From sequence record NC_004629.1: 64,000 nucleotides of DNA, one strand, 5' to 3'. The position numbers and the translations under genes were made by a program. The first letter of the stretch is position 1, and every line of letters starts with the position of its first letter. Positions 1 to 17,381 of this stretch are shown here, one piece after another. Under the pieces are notes generated by a model, which searched no databases, was not told where the DNA came from, and saw nothing but the letters and a program-made list of their open reading frames with translations.

Positions 1-1
1 A

Positions 2-2041
2 CATCCTCAACTACAACCATATTTCAATGGTGTAATTGGGCTGTTCCGGCTGAATGCTCAAAATGCTGCTACTACCACCCAGCTTCATGCATTTGCGTAT
101 AATCTGCTATCTAGTAATGGTTTTCAGAATAACTATTATCAGCAGTGGGCTCAGAAAGTTATTGACTTTCTAGAGTTTCTATTTATTCATCGTCAAATGG
201 TGAATAACCCACAGCAGGCAATGCAGCAAGCTGCATCTCTAGTATGGTCTGGTTTTGTTGGTAAATGTGCTCAAACCTTCCCGCAGCTACAAAGTCTAGT
301 TCAACATCTAATGCCGAATATCCAACAGGCACTTGGTGTAATCGGGCAGATTGAATCAGATATCCAAAAGATGCGTATGGGTGGTAACACCATGATGCAG
401 GGTGGATATCAACAACCTGGTGTACAGCCTGGAAGTTTCCCTGGAATGGGTGCAGCAATGGGTCGTCCTGGCATGAGTTCACAACTACCTCCAATTAACG
501 CAGGTATCCAACAGACCTATGGTCAACCGGCTACCATGGCTAATCCGCAGCTGAACATTCCAGGGGCATATACACCAACAACTAATCATGACACTGGTCC
601 ATCAATTGCAAATGCTGCATATGACGTACCTGGTTCTTCTCCTTTCCTGGAAAACAAACCAGTCATGCAACCTAAAGACTCTTGGGGTGCCACTGTTGAA
701 GTATCTCCAAATAGTAGTTATGATACAATCCCTGGTGGAGGTGATGTAATGATTCTACCTGAACTACAACAAAATGCAAATACTGTAACTAATGATAATA
801 CGGATCTACCCATCCCTCAAGATGTGAAAGAACTCGTATTCGATCCGAACTATTATGTACCCAATGGATTTGTAATTAATAAAGATCGTCCGATGGATGT
901 TATCTATAATCCAGGTGGCATTGAAATCCGACCTGCTCATCTAGTTGCAGATAAACCTGATTGGGTACGTACTGCTAGTTCAGCTAATCCATACAGCATC
1001 CTAATGGATCCGGCAGTATATTGTCGCTTCCTTGCTAAATGGCCTGATAACACTGTACATGAAGTATATCGTAAGTGGGAGAATCACATGGAAATGGATT
1101 ATCTAAAGCATGAGCTTCAAGATGATCTCCGTCGTCAAGCACATCGTGGTGGTGGTGCGCGTACTGCAACCAGTTATAAGCTATCTACCATTATGGGTGA
1201 TGCCAAACCGGTTAAAGAAGTAGCCGAAGAGTTTTCACCAAATGATGCTGGGTTAACTGATAATCGTGAACATGATCCAGTTATCCTAGAAGGTTATATT
1301 GCTTGTGCAAATAATCTTGAAGCAGAAGCTGGTGCACTCAATGCAGTTCGTGAAGCACTTGAGCTAAGTGAAGATGATGTAGTTCCGGCACATGAGTATC
1401 GTGCAGCGTCGTCCCATCCATTTGATGCTTCAACTGAAGTTATGTATGAGATCGAGGATATTCGAAAAGAACCCGATCCGCATCTAATTGCAAAGCGCCT
1501 TAAGCAACTAATGCTAGATGGTAAGCTGACTCAACGCTACTATCGGTTCCTAGTTGAAAGGCTAACCAGTGCAGTTAATGAGTTCCTGGCTGATTCAATG
1601 AGTCAGAAGGTAACCATTGATGACTTCTGTGAAGATATCGGTGATCTTATCGCATATCTTATCGGTAAGAAAGGTAAGTCAGTAGCTGATAAATTTACCG
1701 CTAGTATTCCGTTTATTGTTGGACGGAGTATGTGTGTTAATATTGATCCAGAAGAAGGTAATTCTATTCTAGATCTATCAGTGCGTTTCCAAACTGGCTG
1801 GCGCCTTGAGGAACTATCCTGCCTAAATATTTATACCGAGAAAGCAGTACTTATCAGTAAACTTACCGAACCTAAGATTACTCAAGTAATCATGGGGATG
1901 GCAAAGCGCCTAAATAGCTCTAAAGATTCAGATGATGCACGTACACACAAAATGTACATTATCACTGCTGATGGATCTTATCTACAAGTTATTCGTGGCG
2001 CTCTTGTTGATAATGCTGTTCTACTTAAGCTTATCAAATAA
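2..2041 (+). CDS. Hypothetical protein, 5'-truncated by the window edge (probably phiKZ gp124)
   Basis: The frame of the 197..2041 ORF stays open back to position 2 (HPQLQPYFNG...), so the start lies upstream of the window. Q/G/M/P-rich low-complexity region followed by a globular C-terminal part. Confidence 0.8.
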   Translation, partial: HPQLQPYFNGVIGLFRLNAQNAATTTQLHAFAYNLLSSNGFQNNYYQQWAQKVIDFLEFLFIHRQMVNNPQQAMQQAASLVWSGFVGKCAQTFPQLQSLVQHLMPNIQQALGVIGQIESDIQKMRMGGNTMMQGGYQQPGVQPGSFPGMGAAMGRPGMSSQLPPINAGIQQTYGQPATMANPQLNIPGAYTPTTNHDTGPSIANAAYDVPGSSPFLENKPVMQPKDSWGATVEVSPNSSYDTIPGGGDVMILPELQQNANTVTNDNTDLPIPQDVKELVFDPNYYVPNGFVINKDRPMDVIYNPGGIEIRPAHLVADKPDWVRTASSANPYSILMDPAVYCRFLAKWPDNTVHEVYRKWENHMEMDYLKHELQDDLRRQAHRGGGARTATSYKLSTIMGDAKPVKEVAEEFSPNDAGLTDNREHDPVILEGYIACANNLEAEAGALNAVREALELSEDDVVPAHEYRAASSHPFDASTEVMYEIEDIRKEPDPHLIAKRLKQLMLDGKLTQRYYRFLVERLTSAVNEFLADSMSQKVTIDDFCEDIGDLIAYLIGKKGKSVADKFTASIPFIVGRSMCVNIDPEEGNSILDLSVRFQTGWRLEELSCLNIYTEKAVLISKLTEPKITQVIMGMAKRLNSSKDSDDARTHKMYIITADGSYLQVIRGALVDNAVLLKLIK

Positions 2042-2047
2042 GCATAA

Positions 2048-2069
2048 AAGCCCCTCTACGGAGGGGCTT
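2048..2069 (+). terminator. GC-rich hairpin (terminator-like)
   Basis: AAGCCCCTC-tacg-GAGGGGCTT just after the stop, followed by ATTTATG. Confidence 0.75.
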
Positions 2070-2121
2070 ATTTATGAATGATGTGTTGTTTAATCAAATA
2101 TTGTAAAAAAGGAGTAATACA

Positions 2122-2754
2122 ATGCTAGCTAAAATGAATAAATTCTTCAAAGAATTACTAAACAAAAATACGGTGAATATGGCAGGGCTATTCGATGATG
2201 TGGTATTGATGAATAGTTATAATAACTATAAACCAGATTTCAATGACACTGTAGAAGTAAATACAAAATGTGATCTACCGGCAAATGGTAAAGTCCTAGT
2301 TCTATATGTCGTTCAAGATACAATGGATATGTACATTTGGGATGGTCAACAATATCTTTCTTATAATCCATATTCTACTGAGCAATTAGCACCAATGATT
2401 GATGACCCATCAGCATTTATTCCATCAACCAAAGCCAATACCTCTCTAAAAGTAACCTATGGTATCTGGGCACTTAAGAAAGATTTAGAAACTATCCAGA
2501 AGTATTCAATTGGAATGCACACTCTGCTTGATAAACATTCACTAGCAAGAGTTAACGATAAGAATCCTATTAATAAGGTATTCTTCGAAACATGTCATAA
2601 AGCCCTATATACTGCACTTCGTGAATCATACAAAAACAACATGGTTAAACCACAAATTGCAGATGCAGTCACCAAGGAAGGATGTTGGTTTGGGCGAGAT
2701 CATCGATCTAATAAACTGTCATTTAAATGCGGTGAATTTAAGGTTGAATGGTAA
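2122..2754 (+). CDS. Hypothetical protein, 210 aa
   Basis: ORF with AGGAG RBS, bounded by hairpins on both sides. Confidence 0.8.
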   Translation: MLAKMNKFFKELLNKNTVNMAGLFDDVVLMNSYNNYKPDFNDTVEVNTKCDLPANGKVLVLYVVQDTMDMYIWDGQQYLSYNPYSTEQLAPMIDDPSAFIPSTKANTSLKVTYGIWALKKDLETIQKYSIGMHTLLDKHSLARVNDKNPINKVFFETCHKALYTALRESYKNNMVKPQIADAVTKEGCWFGRDHRSNKLSFKCGEFKVEW

Positions 2755-2774
2755 TAATTAAGTAATGGCATAAA

Positions 2775-2796
2775 CCCCTCTCCGCATGGAGAGGGG
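2775..2796. terminator. Bidirectional hairpin terminator between convergent genes
   Basis: CCCCTCTCC-gcat-GGAGAGGGG followed by a T-rich tract on the + strand. Confidence 0.8.
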
Positions 2797-2818
2797 CTAT
2801 GTCTTTATTTTTTTTTAT

Positions 2819-3262
2819 TTAACTGCTTTCAAATTCAAGAGTTACTGGTATTGTTGGTATCCATGACAAATTATTAAAGTATGGATGTATCGTAACCGTA
2901 TTCCCAGTAATAGGCTGCGGTTGTATCTCTTCTATAATAAATGGAATACCGTAAACATCTCTTAATTTTTCAGCTACTTCTAAATTATCAGTATAGTCAG
3001 TTGGTTTACCCGGTACCTTTATGCCAAGACAGTACTCTGGTAAAGAGCGTCTATTAAAGTAAATAACTGCCTCACCTTTAAAATAAAGTGAACTGGTCTT
3101 CGCTCTCATTGTTGTTTTGGCATTTGTACCAGTTGCTAAGAATGTATCGGTTCCTATGAATTCAACATCATCAACAGTTAAATCCCTAGGCCTACCATTA
3201 TTATCTTTAGGTTTATTAGCCACATTCCAAGCAGCTACCAATTCAGCTCTTGTATCATCCAT
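2819..3262 (-). CDS. Putative virion structural protein, 147 aa (member of a small paralog family)
   Basis: ORF. Its YFNRRSL motif resembles FYQRLDF, TYRRLDF and LYNRFNV in three other ORFs here. Confidence 0.7.
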   Translation of the reverse strand: MDDTRAELVAAWNVANKPKDNNGRPRDLTVDDVEFIGTDTFLATGTNAKTTMRAKTSSLYFKGEAVIYFNRRSLPEYCLGIKVPGKPTDYTDNLEVAEKLRDVYGIPFIIEEIQPQPITGNTVTIHPYFNNLSWIPTIPVTLEFESS

Positions 3263-3270
3263 TACACACC

Positions 3271-4146
<876 letters not shown>

Positions 4147-4153
4147 TCGCTCC

Positions 4154-6334
<2,181 letters not shown>

Positions 6335-6354
6335 TTACTCACTTTAAAATTTAG

Positions 6355-9054
<2,700 letters not shown>

Positions 9055-9071
9055 TTTCTAAACAACATAAT

Positions 9072-9092
9072 GCCCTCCCATTACGGGAGGGC
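9072..9092. terminator. Bidirectional hairpin terminator
   Basis: GCCCTCCC-ATTAC-GGGAGGGC between convergent genes; identical to copies at 49802 and 54309. Confidence 0.85.
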
Positions 9093-9100
9093 TTATGACG

Positions 9101-10387
<1,287 letters not shown>

Positions 10388-10481
10388 TTAGTCTCCATGG
10401 AATGATTGGACAATCCTATGTGAATTTCACATCATTACGCTAACAAATTGCGCAATAGCGTTTTATTAAAGGAGGGCAACC

Positions 10482-12797
10482 ATGGCCCACGGTGAAACTG
10501 GGTTATATCCATTCGACCCCAATGGAACAAATCCCCAGAACTTTATTAAAGGTGAGCGCCAAACTCTCCAGGTACCAGATGGTGATGATTATTATTTCAT
10601 TATACCATTTGCTGCACCTTTCTTTGTAGATTCATTACGACTATTTAACCCACTGACCAATCAGACTTATGTAGAAGGTGTTGATTACCTTATTGGGCAT
10701 TGGTTTATTGAAGCTATGGAATCGATAGGTAGACCTATCGCTGGATCTATACGTATCATGAAGCGTTCGATAAACGCTATGATTGGTATGGATTATCGTA
10801 CAATAGGTGGGCAATGGGGATTTAGTAATCAGCAGATCCTGGCTGAGCTTGCACGCAAACAGTATAACCCCTTGATTCGGTCATGGGGTGCAATTGGTCC
10901 ATTACCTGCTTCTTTCCCACCTTTAGAACACAATCAACCTATTGATTCATTAGTAGGTAGTAAAGAGATTCTTGAAGGTATCGAAGGGATTATAGAAGCT
11001 ATCCGTGCTGCGGCTGCCGGTACAACTGACCAACATATTCATGATTATAATAACCCACACAGGGTAACTAAAGCACAAGTTGGCTTGTCACTAGTTCCAA
11101 ACTATGCAATGGCAAGTGATCAACAGCATTTAGATGCTAATCGTAATGATCTATTTACGAACCCACGTGGTACATTAGCATTAGTTAATAAGTTTGCCGT
11201 AAATCCGCTTAATGCCCACATAGCGGCTAGGGGTAACGTACACGGTCTAACAGCAGCTGATATTAATTTAGGTAATGTTCCTAACTACCCAGCTGCAACA
11301 CCAACTACTGCGGTAGACGTAACTAATGATTCGGTATTATTAACACCTTATACTGCATCTATTCTCTATAGTCAGATTGGTGATGCTTCTAGAATTAATG
11401 AACTAGAAGAGAAACTTAATCAACATATTAGTAATGAAAATAACCCACACGTTGTAACTGCCGACCAGGTTAATGCATATACTAAAACACAAGTTGATCA
11501 ACTACTGGCAGGACTAGGTGGTGGTGATGCTTCTACCTTTGGTGGATTAACACCTGAGCAATGGAAAGATGAATTCCCATCATTCGGTGATATTGAAAGG
11601 ATGGCAGCCGGCTATAACGCTAACTGGGATGATGTACAATTAAAGATAGATACATTACCAGTTATTGTGGATGATACTAGTGAATATGACCGAATGGAAT
11701 TAATTCAAGGTGTCACGGCAGGTTTCCATGCTTATGCTGGATTTAATAGTTGGTGGGATTGTACAATTGTCAGAGATGACTGTGTAGTTCATCCTAAATC
11801 GCCAGCTAACCCTTATGCTGTTATACCAGAGCGTTTAGGATATGCTCAGGAATCCTGGGTATCTCACCGATATGGTCAGTATTGGGTAGAGAATGGTGTA
11901 GCCAAGTCAGCATGTATCGATGAAACTAAAGTCGATGAGATGATACCAATTCCAGTAGAATGGACTGCACCTATAGATGGAAATATTCCTTCAAGTATCT
12001 GGGCGAATAAAACATCTCTGTATATGTTAACAGGTAAGTTCATCTTTAGTTCAACAGGTGAATCAGCAATCTTTGAGCACCAAGATCTTTATCGTTGTGT
12101 TAAAGGTGGTACATCTGAACTATTAGTACCTGCTGCTAATAAACCATGGGCTATATTTACCAATACTGAAGACACCTATCCTGGTGAAATGACAGTTGTT
12201 GTAAACATAGGTCCAGCTAGCAGTGCTGACTATGTATATACAGCTTATGGTATCCCAAGCTTCATTAGTGCTTTTAATGATTTTGTTAACAACACAATTA
12301 AACCATTGAATCATGTTATTGATTCAATGTCAATTGGTTGCACCCACATCATCATGCATTCAATAGATCCATTAGTTGCTCCTGAAGATTATACATCTGA
12401 ATCTAGTAAAGTACATGTCATGGAAATCATCCGCAATGGTAATGATACATCCTTTATGGTTATCTCGCCATTATGGTTTGATGGACGTGGTAACGATGTA
12501 ACTGCTAATGTAAATAGTAACCCAATTGGTGGTGTATCAGGATTGTACACACATTACACAGTGATGTATGGTGATGGCCAAATCGCTTTCTTCGGAAATA
12601 ACGATAATGGACAATGTGACGTAGATGACCATGCTGGACCATATATTCAATTGGCAGCAGGGCATAATTTCACTGTGACAGTAAATACTTTGAATCAAGT
12701 CATGTTCTGGGGAGATTCACCTGATAACTCCTTATTATGGAATGGCAGGGGTACACGTGTGAAACATATTGAACCAACTCCACCCACTGGTCCATAA
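10482..12797 (+). CDS. gp131: Tail tip/baseplate fiber protein with C-terminal beta-propeller, 771 aa
   Basis: Three H..D.NNPH.VT..QVGL repeats. C-terminal RCC1-like segments (FFGNNDNGQC, QLAAGHNFTV, FWGDS). Size matches phiKZ gp131 as recalled. Confidence 0.8.
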   Translation: MAHGETGLYPFDPNGTNPQNFIKGERQTLQVPDGDDYYFIIPFAAPFFVDSLRLFNPLTNQTYVEGVDYLIGHWFIEAMESIGRPIAGSIRIMKRSINAMIGMDYRTIGGQWGFSNQQILAELARKQYNPLIRSWGAIGPLPASFPPLEHNQPIDSLVGSKEILEGIEGIIEAIRAAAAGTTDQHIHDYNNPHRVTKAQVGLSLVPNYAMASDQQHLDANRNDLFTNPRGTLALVNKFAVNPLNAHIAARGNVHGLTAADINLGNVPNYPAATPTTAVDVTNDSVLLTPYTASILYSQIGDASRINELEEKLNQHISNENNPHVVTADQVNAYTKTQVDQLLAGLGGGDASTFGGLTPEQWKDEFPSFGDIERMAAGYNANWDDVQLKIDTLPVIVDDTSEYDRMELIQGVTAGFHAYAGFNSWWDCTIVRDDCVVHPKSPANPYAVIPERLGYAQESWVSHRYGQYWVENGVAKSACIDETKVDEMIPIPVEWTAPIDGNIPSSIWANKTSLYMLTGKFIFSSTGESAIFEHQDLYRCVKGGTSELLVPAANKPWAIFTNTEDTYPGEMTVVVNIGPASSADYVYTAYGIPSFISAFNDFVNNTIKPLNHVIDSMSIGCTHIIMHSIDPLVAPEDYTSESSKVHVMEIIRNGNDTSFMVISPLWFDGRGNDVTANVNSNPIGGVSGLYTHYTVMYGDGQIAFFGNNDNGQCDVDDHAGPYIQLAAGHNFTVTVNTLNQVMFWGDSPDNSLLWNGRGTRVKHIEPTPPTGP

Positions 12798-12809
12798 GAG
12801 GATTTAAAA

Positions 12810-13142
12810 ATGGCAGAAGTTACACGTCAAGAGATGGATGCTCAAATAAATGTTTCTATTAGTAATCAAGGCTTATTTACTAAGGCAGTCCTTAATAAAT
12901 TCATAGCCGTTATTAATAGGATCAATGGGCATATTGCAGCTAGAGGTAACCCACATAATCTGCAACCATCGGATATTGGTCTTGGTAATGTGGCTAACTA
13001 TCGTCCAGCTACTAAGAAGCGTGCACAAGAAGGTTTCAATAACACTACGTACATGACTCCTAAACGGACAGATGATTATAATCGAGTGCACATATACGGT
13101 CCACTTGCGAAATTATTTAATGACGCAGCAGACCGTCTATAA
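12810..13142 (+). CDS. Small tail protein, 110 aa, with one NPH repeat
   Basis: Contains GHIAARGNPHNLQPSDIGLGNVANY, a close match to a gp131 repeat. Confidence 0.75.
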   Translation: MAEVTRQEMDAQINVSISNQGLFTKAVLNKFIAVINRINGHIAARGNPHNLQPSDIGLGNVANYRPATKKRAQEGFNNTTYMTPKRTDDYNRVHIYGPLAKLFNDAADRL

Positions 13143-13158
13143 ACATCTGACCTGGCAT

Positions 13159-13190
13159 AAGAGACACAGCCAAAAGCTGTGTCTCTTTTT
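13159..13190 (+). terminator. Intrinsic terminator
   Basis: GAGACACAGC-caaaa-GCTGTGTCTC followed by TTTTT. Confidence 0.85.
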
Positions 13191-13216
13191 GCTGTTTCAG
13201 TTAAAAGGTATTTCTT

Positions 13217-14605
13217 ATGTATAATCCTATTTTACAATTACCATTTGATCCATTAGGTACAAATCCAGATTGTTTCATTGGTAGCGAGCCTCATACTCTA
13301 GTTCAGTATCAGGGATTCGACTATAGAATCATCAAGTTATATCATGGTGGATTCTATACAAAAGGGTTAGAAGTTTATGATGGTAAATATAATCGTTTAG
13401 TTAAAGATATTGATTATATTGTTACTTATTATCACAAAGATGCTAGTGCGTATGTCGGTCAAGAAATATGTTCAGCAATTGTTTTCTTAAAAACACCTAG
13501 TACACCAATAGTGTATACTTCAGCTCACATGGTAGGCGGTGATCTAGCGTTTAGTTTCACAGTTATCGACGATTATATTAACTGGTGGAAAACAAATGGT
13601 AAGCCAAAGCCAAAAGATCTCGACTACACTGGTAACGAACCATATTGGAAAGACGGTGAGTTAGTTGGCGAACGATGGCATCTTGATACGTATCAGCCTT
13701 ATAATAACGAGATGGAGTGGATAACACAGGCACTCATGGCTGGTGATACAAGCGGTGAAGATGAATACCGTAGTAAAGTTAAAGAGATTTATGATGAGTT
13801 CTTAAAGAAATTTAATGATCGCCTAGAAAAACATATTCAAGATAAAGCTAATCCACACAAGATTACCCCAACTAATGTTGAACTAGGTTTAGTTAATAAC
13901 TTTCCATTGGCTACTCCAGCCATTGCTCAACTAGGTCAATCTAATGCACATTATCTAACACCGCAGTTAGCATATGGCGTATTAGATGAAATAGCTATAA
14001 AACCACTTAATGCCCACATAGCTCGCCGTGATAATCCACATAAAGTCAAAAATACGCATGTACAGTCGTATTTGAAAAGTGATTTTGATTCACGAATTAC
14101 TGGTAAATATTTAAAGACTGATACAGTAGCTAATACTAATATGGTTTATTATAAACCTAAAGGGCAACCAACTGCTACTTTAATGGGTTATAGCGATCTT
14201 ATTTGGTGGATGCGTAAGAACTTTGACACAGACGTGAACTTTACAGCTGGCGATGGCCAGAGTAATGTCATCAATATAAATCGGATTGGTTCCGGGGCAA
14301 TGGGACAATGGAAAGCACCACTCCGTGGGAATGGTATTTTTACACACTTTGATCAATTAGCCACAGAGTATTCATATCCGGTTAAGTTAAAGTTTTATGC
14401 ACTAGGATTACAACCATCCGTGCAAGCAGCATTAGATTTCTGTAGAACTAACTTCACTAATCCAGATGCATGGCCTATTAGATCTACTGTATTCTTCACT
14501 ATTAAAGAACAGAAAATCCAGGCAGCTGGTAACGGATTGATTTTCGTTGATTATACTCCTAACTACGTGTGTTTCCGTTCACAAGGTGGCTGGGTAATTC
14601 CATAA
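13217..14605 (+). CDS. Tail fiber-like structural protein, 462 aa (gp131 paralog)
   Basis: Shares the N-terminal LPFDP.GTNP motif and NPH repeats with gp131. Confidence 0.75.
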   Translation: MYNPILQLPFDPLGTNPDCFIGSEPHTLVQYQGFDYRIIKLYHGGFYTKGLEVYDGKYNRLVKDIDYIVTYYHKDASAYVGQEICSAIVFLKTPSTPIVYTSAHMVGGDLAFSFTVIDDYINWWKTNGKPKPKDLDYTGNEPYWKDGELVGERWHLDTYQPYNNEMEWITQALMAGDTSGEDEYRSKVKEIYDEFLKKFNDRLEKHIQDKANPHKITPTNVELGLVNNFPLATPAIAQLGQSNAHYLTPQLAYGVLDEIAIKPLNAHIARRDNPHKVKNTHVQSYLKSDFDSRITGKYLKTDTVANTNMVYYKPKGQPTATLMGYSDLIWWMRKNFDTDVNFTAGDGQSNVININRIGSGAMGQWKAPLRGNGIFTHFDQLATEYSYPVKLKFYALGLQPSVQAALDFCRTNFTNPDAWPIRSTVFFTIKEQKIQAAGNGLIFVDYTPNYVCFRSQGGWVIP

Positions 14606-14616
14606 GGATAGTTTAG

Positions 14617-15990
14617 ATGAATCCATTACTTTTACCTCTTCCATTTGATGAAACTGGAGAGAGTTATAGTAACCGAACAAAGGGTGAATACCATTCACTA
14701 GCAAAACAGAAAGGATTCCCCTATCGCATCATCGTGATGGATAAGGGTTACTTTTACACTAAAGGAATGGTTATCAGAGATGGTAGGCAGAATGAGTTAA
14801 ATCCAGAAATGGATTATCAGTGTACTGGTATTAATCCAGAAGTAATCGAGAAGACTGGACTTGAAGCGTGTTCAGTAATTGTTATTACAAAACAAGATGT
14901 CCACGAGGATATTTACATTGATGCTCAGATGTGCGGTGGTATATACTGTAACCTTGCCCCTTCCATATCTGAGCATGCTAACGCTCTTTTAAATAATACC
15001 CGTAAACCACATTGGTCTAATATTTTAGATATTCCTGACCAATTTAAACCTAATGGACATATGCATGCCTATTGGGAACTTTATGGTTTTACGCCTAGAG
15101 TTGTTAAGTTAAAAGAAATAACTGACTTATTAAAGAAAAGCTCATCAGACTCATATGACTCCATTTTAGATGAGTTTAAATATCAGTTAAGTCTAATAGA
15201 AGCTGATCTTAATACAATTGAAGCACGACTTACTACACACATCAATGATACCACCACTAACCCACACCAGACACGTAAAGGGCAAGTGGCATTAGGTAAT
15301 GTTTATAATGCTGGCATTGCAACTGAAACACAAGCCAAACAGCCAAATGGCGCTATCATGAATGTCTATGCTACGCCATGGTCAATGAAGTTATCAGTTG
15401 ATACCAATTATACAGTTCAATATCTGGCACACGTTAATGATGTCACCACTAACCCACACAGGGTAACGGCTGAACAATTAAATACGTATACTGTTACTCA
15501 AGCTAATATTTTACTAAATCAAAAATTAGATAAAGGTAAAACAGCCAATACGTCTAAACTTTTATTTGGTCAAGATGTTTATAGCATGGGTGAAACAGTA
15601 CGTGCTAAAATGCCTTTAAGTGTATTGACGACTGGTCGACTAGCACCTGGTAGGATTGGTAATTCAGCTACCTGGCCAGGCCGTGATTGGACATTGATGC
15701 CTAATGGTCAATGGACTCATTTCGGTTTTATATTTAATCGCTTCCAAAAAACAGGAACGATGGTCCACTGGAATAACACCAACTTTAAGTCTATTCAAGA
15801 AGCAATTGCTTTCCATAACACATACTTCTCAGATCCTGAACAATGGTGGCCTGGTTCGTTAGCTATTTGCCATTACGATCAAGAATTCGTTATTGGACAT
15901 GGCAATGGTACAACAGCTACTTCCTATAGGAATACTCTATTCCTACGTAAAGTTGGATCAACGTGGACTAATATAGGGGAACCGGCATAA
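14617..15990 (+). CDS. Tail fiber-like structural protein, 457 aa (gp131 paralog)
   Basis: LPFDETG N-terminal motif and two NPH repeats. Confidence 0.75.
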   Translation: MNPLLLPLPFDETGESYSNRTKGEYHSLAKQKGFPYRIIVMDKGYFYTKGMVIRDGRQNELNPEMDYQCTGINPEVIEKTGLEACSVIVITKQDVHEDIYIDAQMCGGIYCNLAPSISEHANALLNNTRKPHWSNILDIPDQFKPNGHMHAYWELYGFTPRVVKLKEITDLLKKSSSDSYDSILDEFKYQLSLIEADLNTIEARLTTHINDTTTNPHQTRKGQVALGNVYNAGIATETQAKQPNGAIMNVYATPWSMKLSVDTNYTVQYLAHVNDVTTNPHRVTAEQLNTYTVTQANILLNQKLDKGKTANTSKLLFGQDVYSMGETVRAKMPLSVLTTGRLAPGRIGNSATWPGRDWTLMPNGQWTHFGFIFNRFQKTGTMVHWNNTNFKSIQEAIAFHNTYFSDPEQWWPGSLAICHYDQEFVIGHGNGTTATSYRNTLFLRKVGSTWTNIGEPA

Positions 15991-17381
15991 TGATTACTTT
16001 TTTACCATTAGATCTAAAAGCTAAATTAGCATCTAATTACATTGTAGATGAGGATCACACACTTATTCAAGTCAATAATAAAACACATCGCGTACTTATG
16101 TGTACACATGGTGGTTTTTATACTAAGGACTTTAATCTACGTGATAAGAAGACTGGTTTATCTTTAAACAAAGATCAATATAAAACAACCTATCTTTATT
16201 CACAGTTATCTGAAATGACTGGCTTAGAAGTAATGGGTATTGTTGTAGTAACTGATCCTAATGTTAGTCCTAATGTCCAAGTTACATATAGAGCAGTTGG
16301 TGGTTTCTTTAGTATTTCAGCATTAGAACTTAAAGCTGTTTTTGATAAACTTGAATTAGATGAATTAAGTTTCACTTGGGATGATATTATTGGTAAACCC
16401 GATGCATATCCGCCTGCACCTCACGGCCATGAATATTGGCAGATTTATGGCACAGATACAATGGTAACTGAATTAAACCGAATAGCACATGCTTATCGGG
16501 TCGGTAGAAGTGCCATGGATAATGCTGCCGATGATTATTATAAAGTTTATCTCACTGATGCAAAAACCGCTGTGGACGATTATAGAGATCGAGTTACAGC
16601 ACACTTAACTGATTATAATAATCCGCATGCTGATGATCGATTCAAGTTAATTCCACCGCTTGATAAGATATCCAACTGGGGTTTTGCTACTGAAGCTGAG
16701 TCAGTTAATAGAAACGTAAATAATAAATACATGCCAATTGGTGGTATTTATCGTATTCTTAATATTGATACGTTGGCTAAACTTGCAGCACATATTAAAA
16801 ACTTTAATAACCCACATGCTGTCACAGCTGACCAAGTTGGATCATATACCAAACCAGTGATGGATTCTAAAATAACTCCATTATTAGGTATTAATGAACA
16901 AGCTGCTAATGCGACCACTATTGGTGCTACTACTAATAGTCAGGGTTATCCAGTTACTGGAACAGGTAAGGTATATCAGAATTTCTGGAATGATGTTCGA
17001 AAAGATATTCCAGCTGAAGAAGTAACTAGTGGCGTATTTAAATGGAATGCATTAGGTAAAGGTAATGCATCAATATTAAATGACCCTGAGAGATATTATC
17101 TAGCGAGCGATGGTACTTGGCAAGACTGGGTTGAAGCTTTTAAAGAGTGGAACAAAGATAAGATTAAAGCCATTACCTTAGGTCAGGTAAATAGTGAAGC
17201 AGAAGCATTAAACACGTTAAATACGATGTTTACAGATAATACCAAATATCCTGAAGGCACTTACGCTGTTGTAGGTGTTAGAACTAATACCCCCTTTGAA
17301 GCCTATTATTACCAGCAATATGTAGCAGTTAGAAATAATGGTACATGGCGTTGGATGATTCGAGCTGGAGCACTTGTATAA
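15990..17381 (+). CDS. Tail fiber-like structural protein, 463 aa (gp131 paralog)
   Basis: Two NPH repeats; TAATG overlap with the upstream gene. Confidence 0.75.
   Translation: MITFLPLDLKAKLASNYIVDEDHTLIQVNNKTHRVLMCTHGGFYTKDFNLRDKKTGLSLNKDQYKTTYLYSQLSEMTGLEVMGIVVVTDPNVSPNVQVTYRAVGGFFSISALELKAVFDKLELDELSFTWDDIIGKPDAYPPAPHGHEYWQIYGTDTMVTELNRIAHAYRVGRSAMDNAADDYYKVYLTDAKTAVDDYRDRVTAHLTDYNNPHADDRFKLIPPLDKISNWGFATEAESVNRNVNNKYMPIGGIYRILNIDTLAKLAAHIKNFNNPHAVTADQVGSYTKPVMDSKITPLLGINEQAANATTIGATTNSQGYPVTGTGKVYQNFWNDVRKDIPAEEVTSGVFKWNALGKGNASILNDPERYYLASDGTWQDWVEAFKEWNKDKIKAITLGQVNSEAEALNTLNTMFTDNTKYPEGTYAVVGVRTNTPFEAYYYQQYVAVRNNGTWRWMIRAGALV

Noticed and set aside
183-494. 103-aa minus-strand ORF
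   Set aside because: Shadow of the long + strand gene; no independent evidence.
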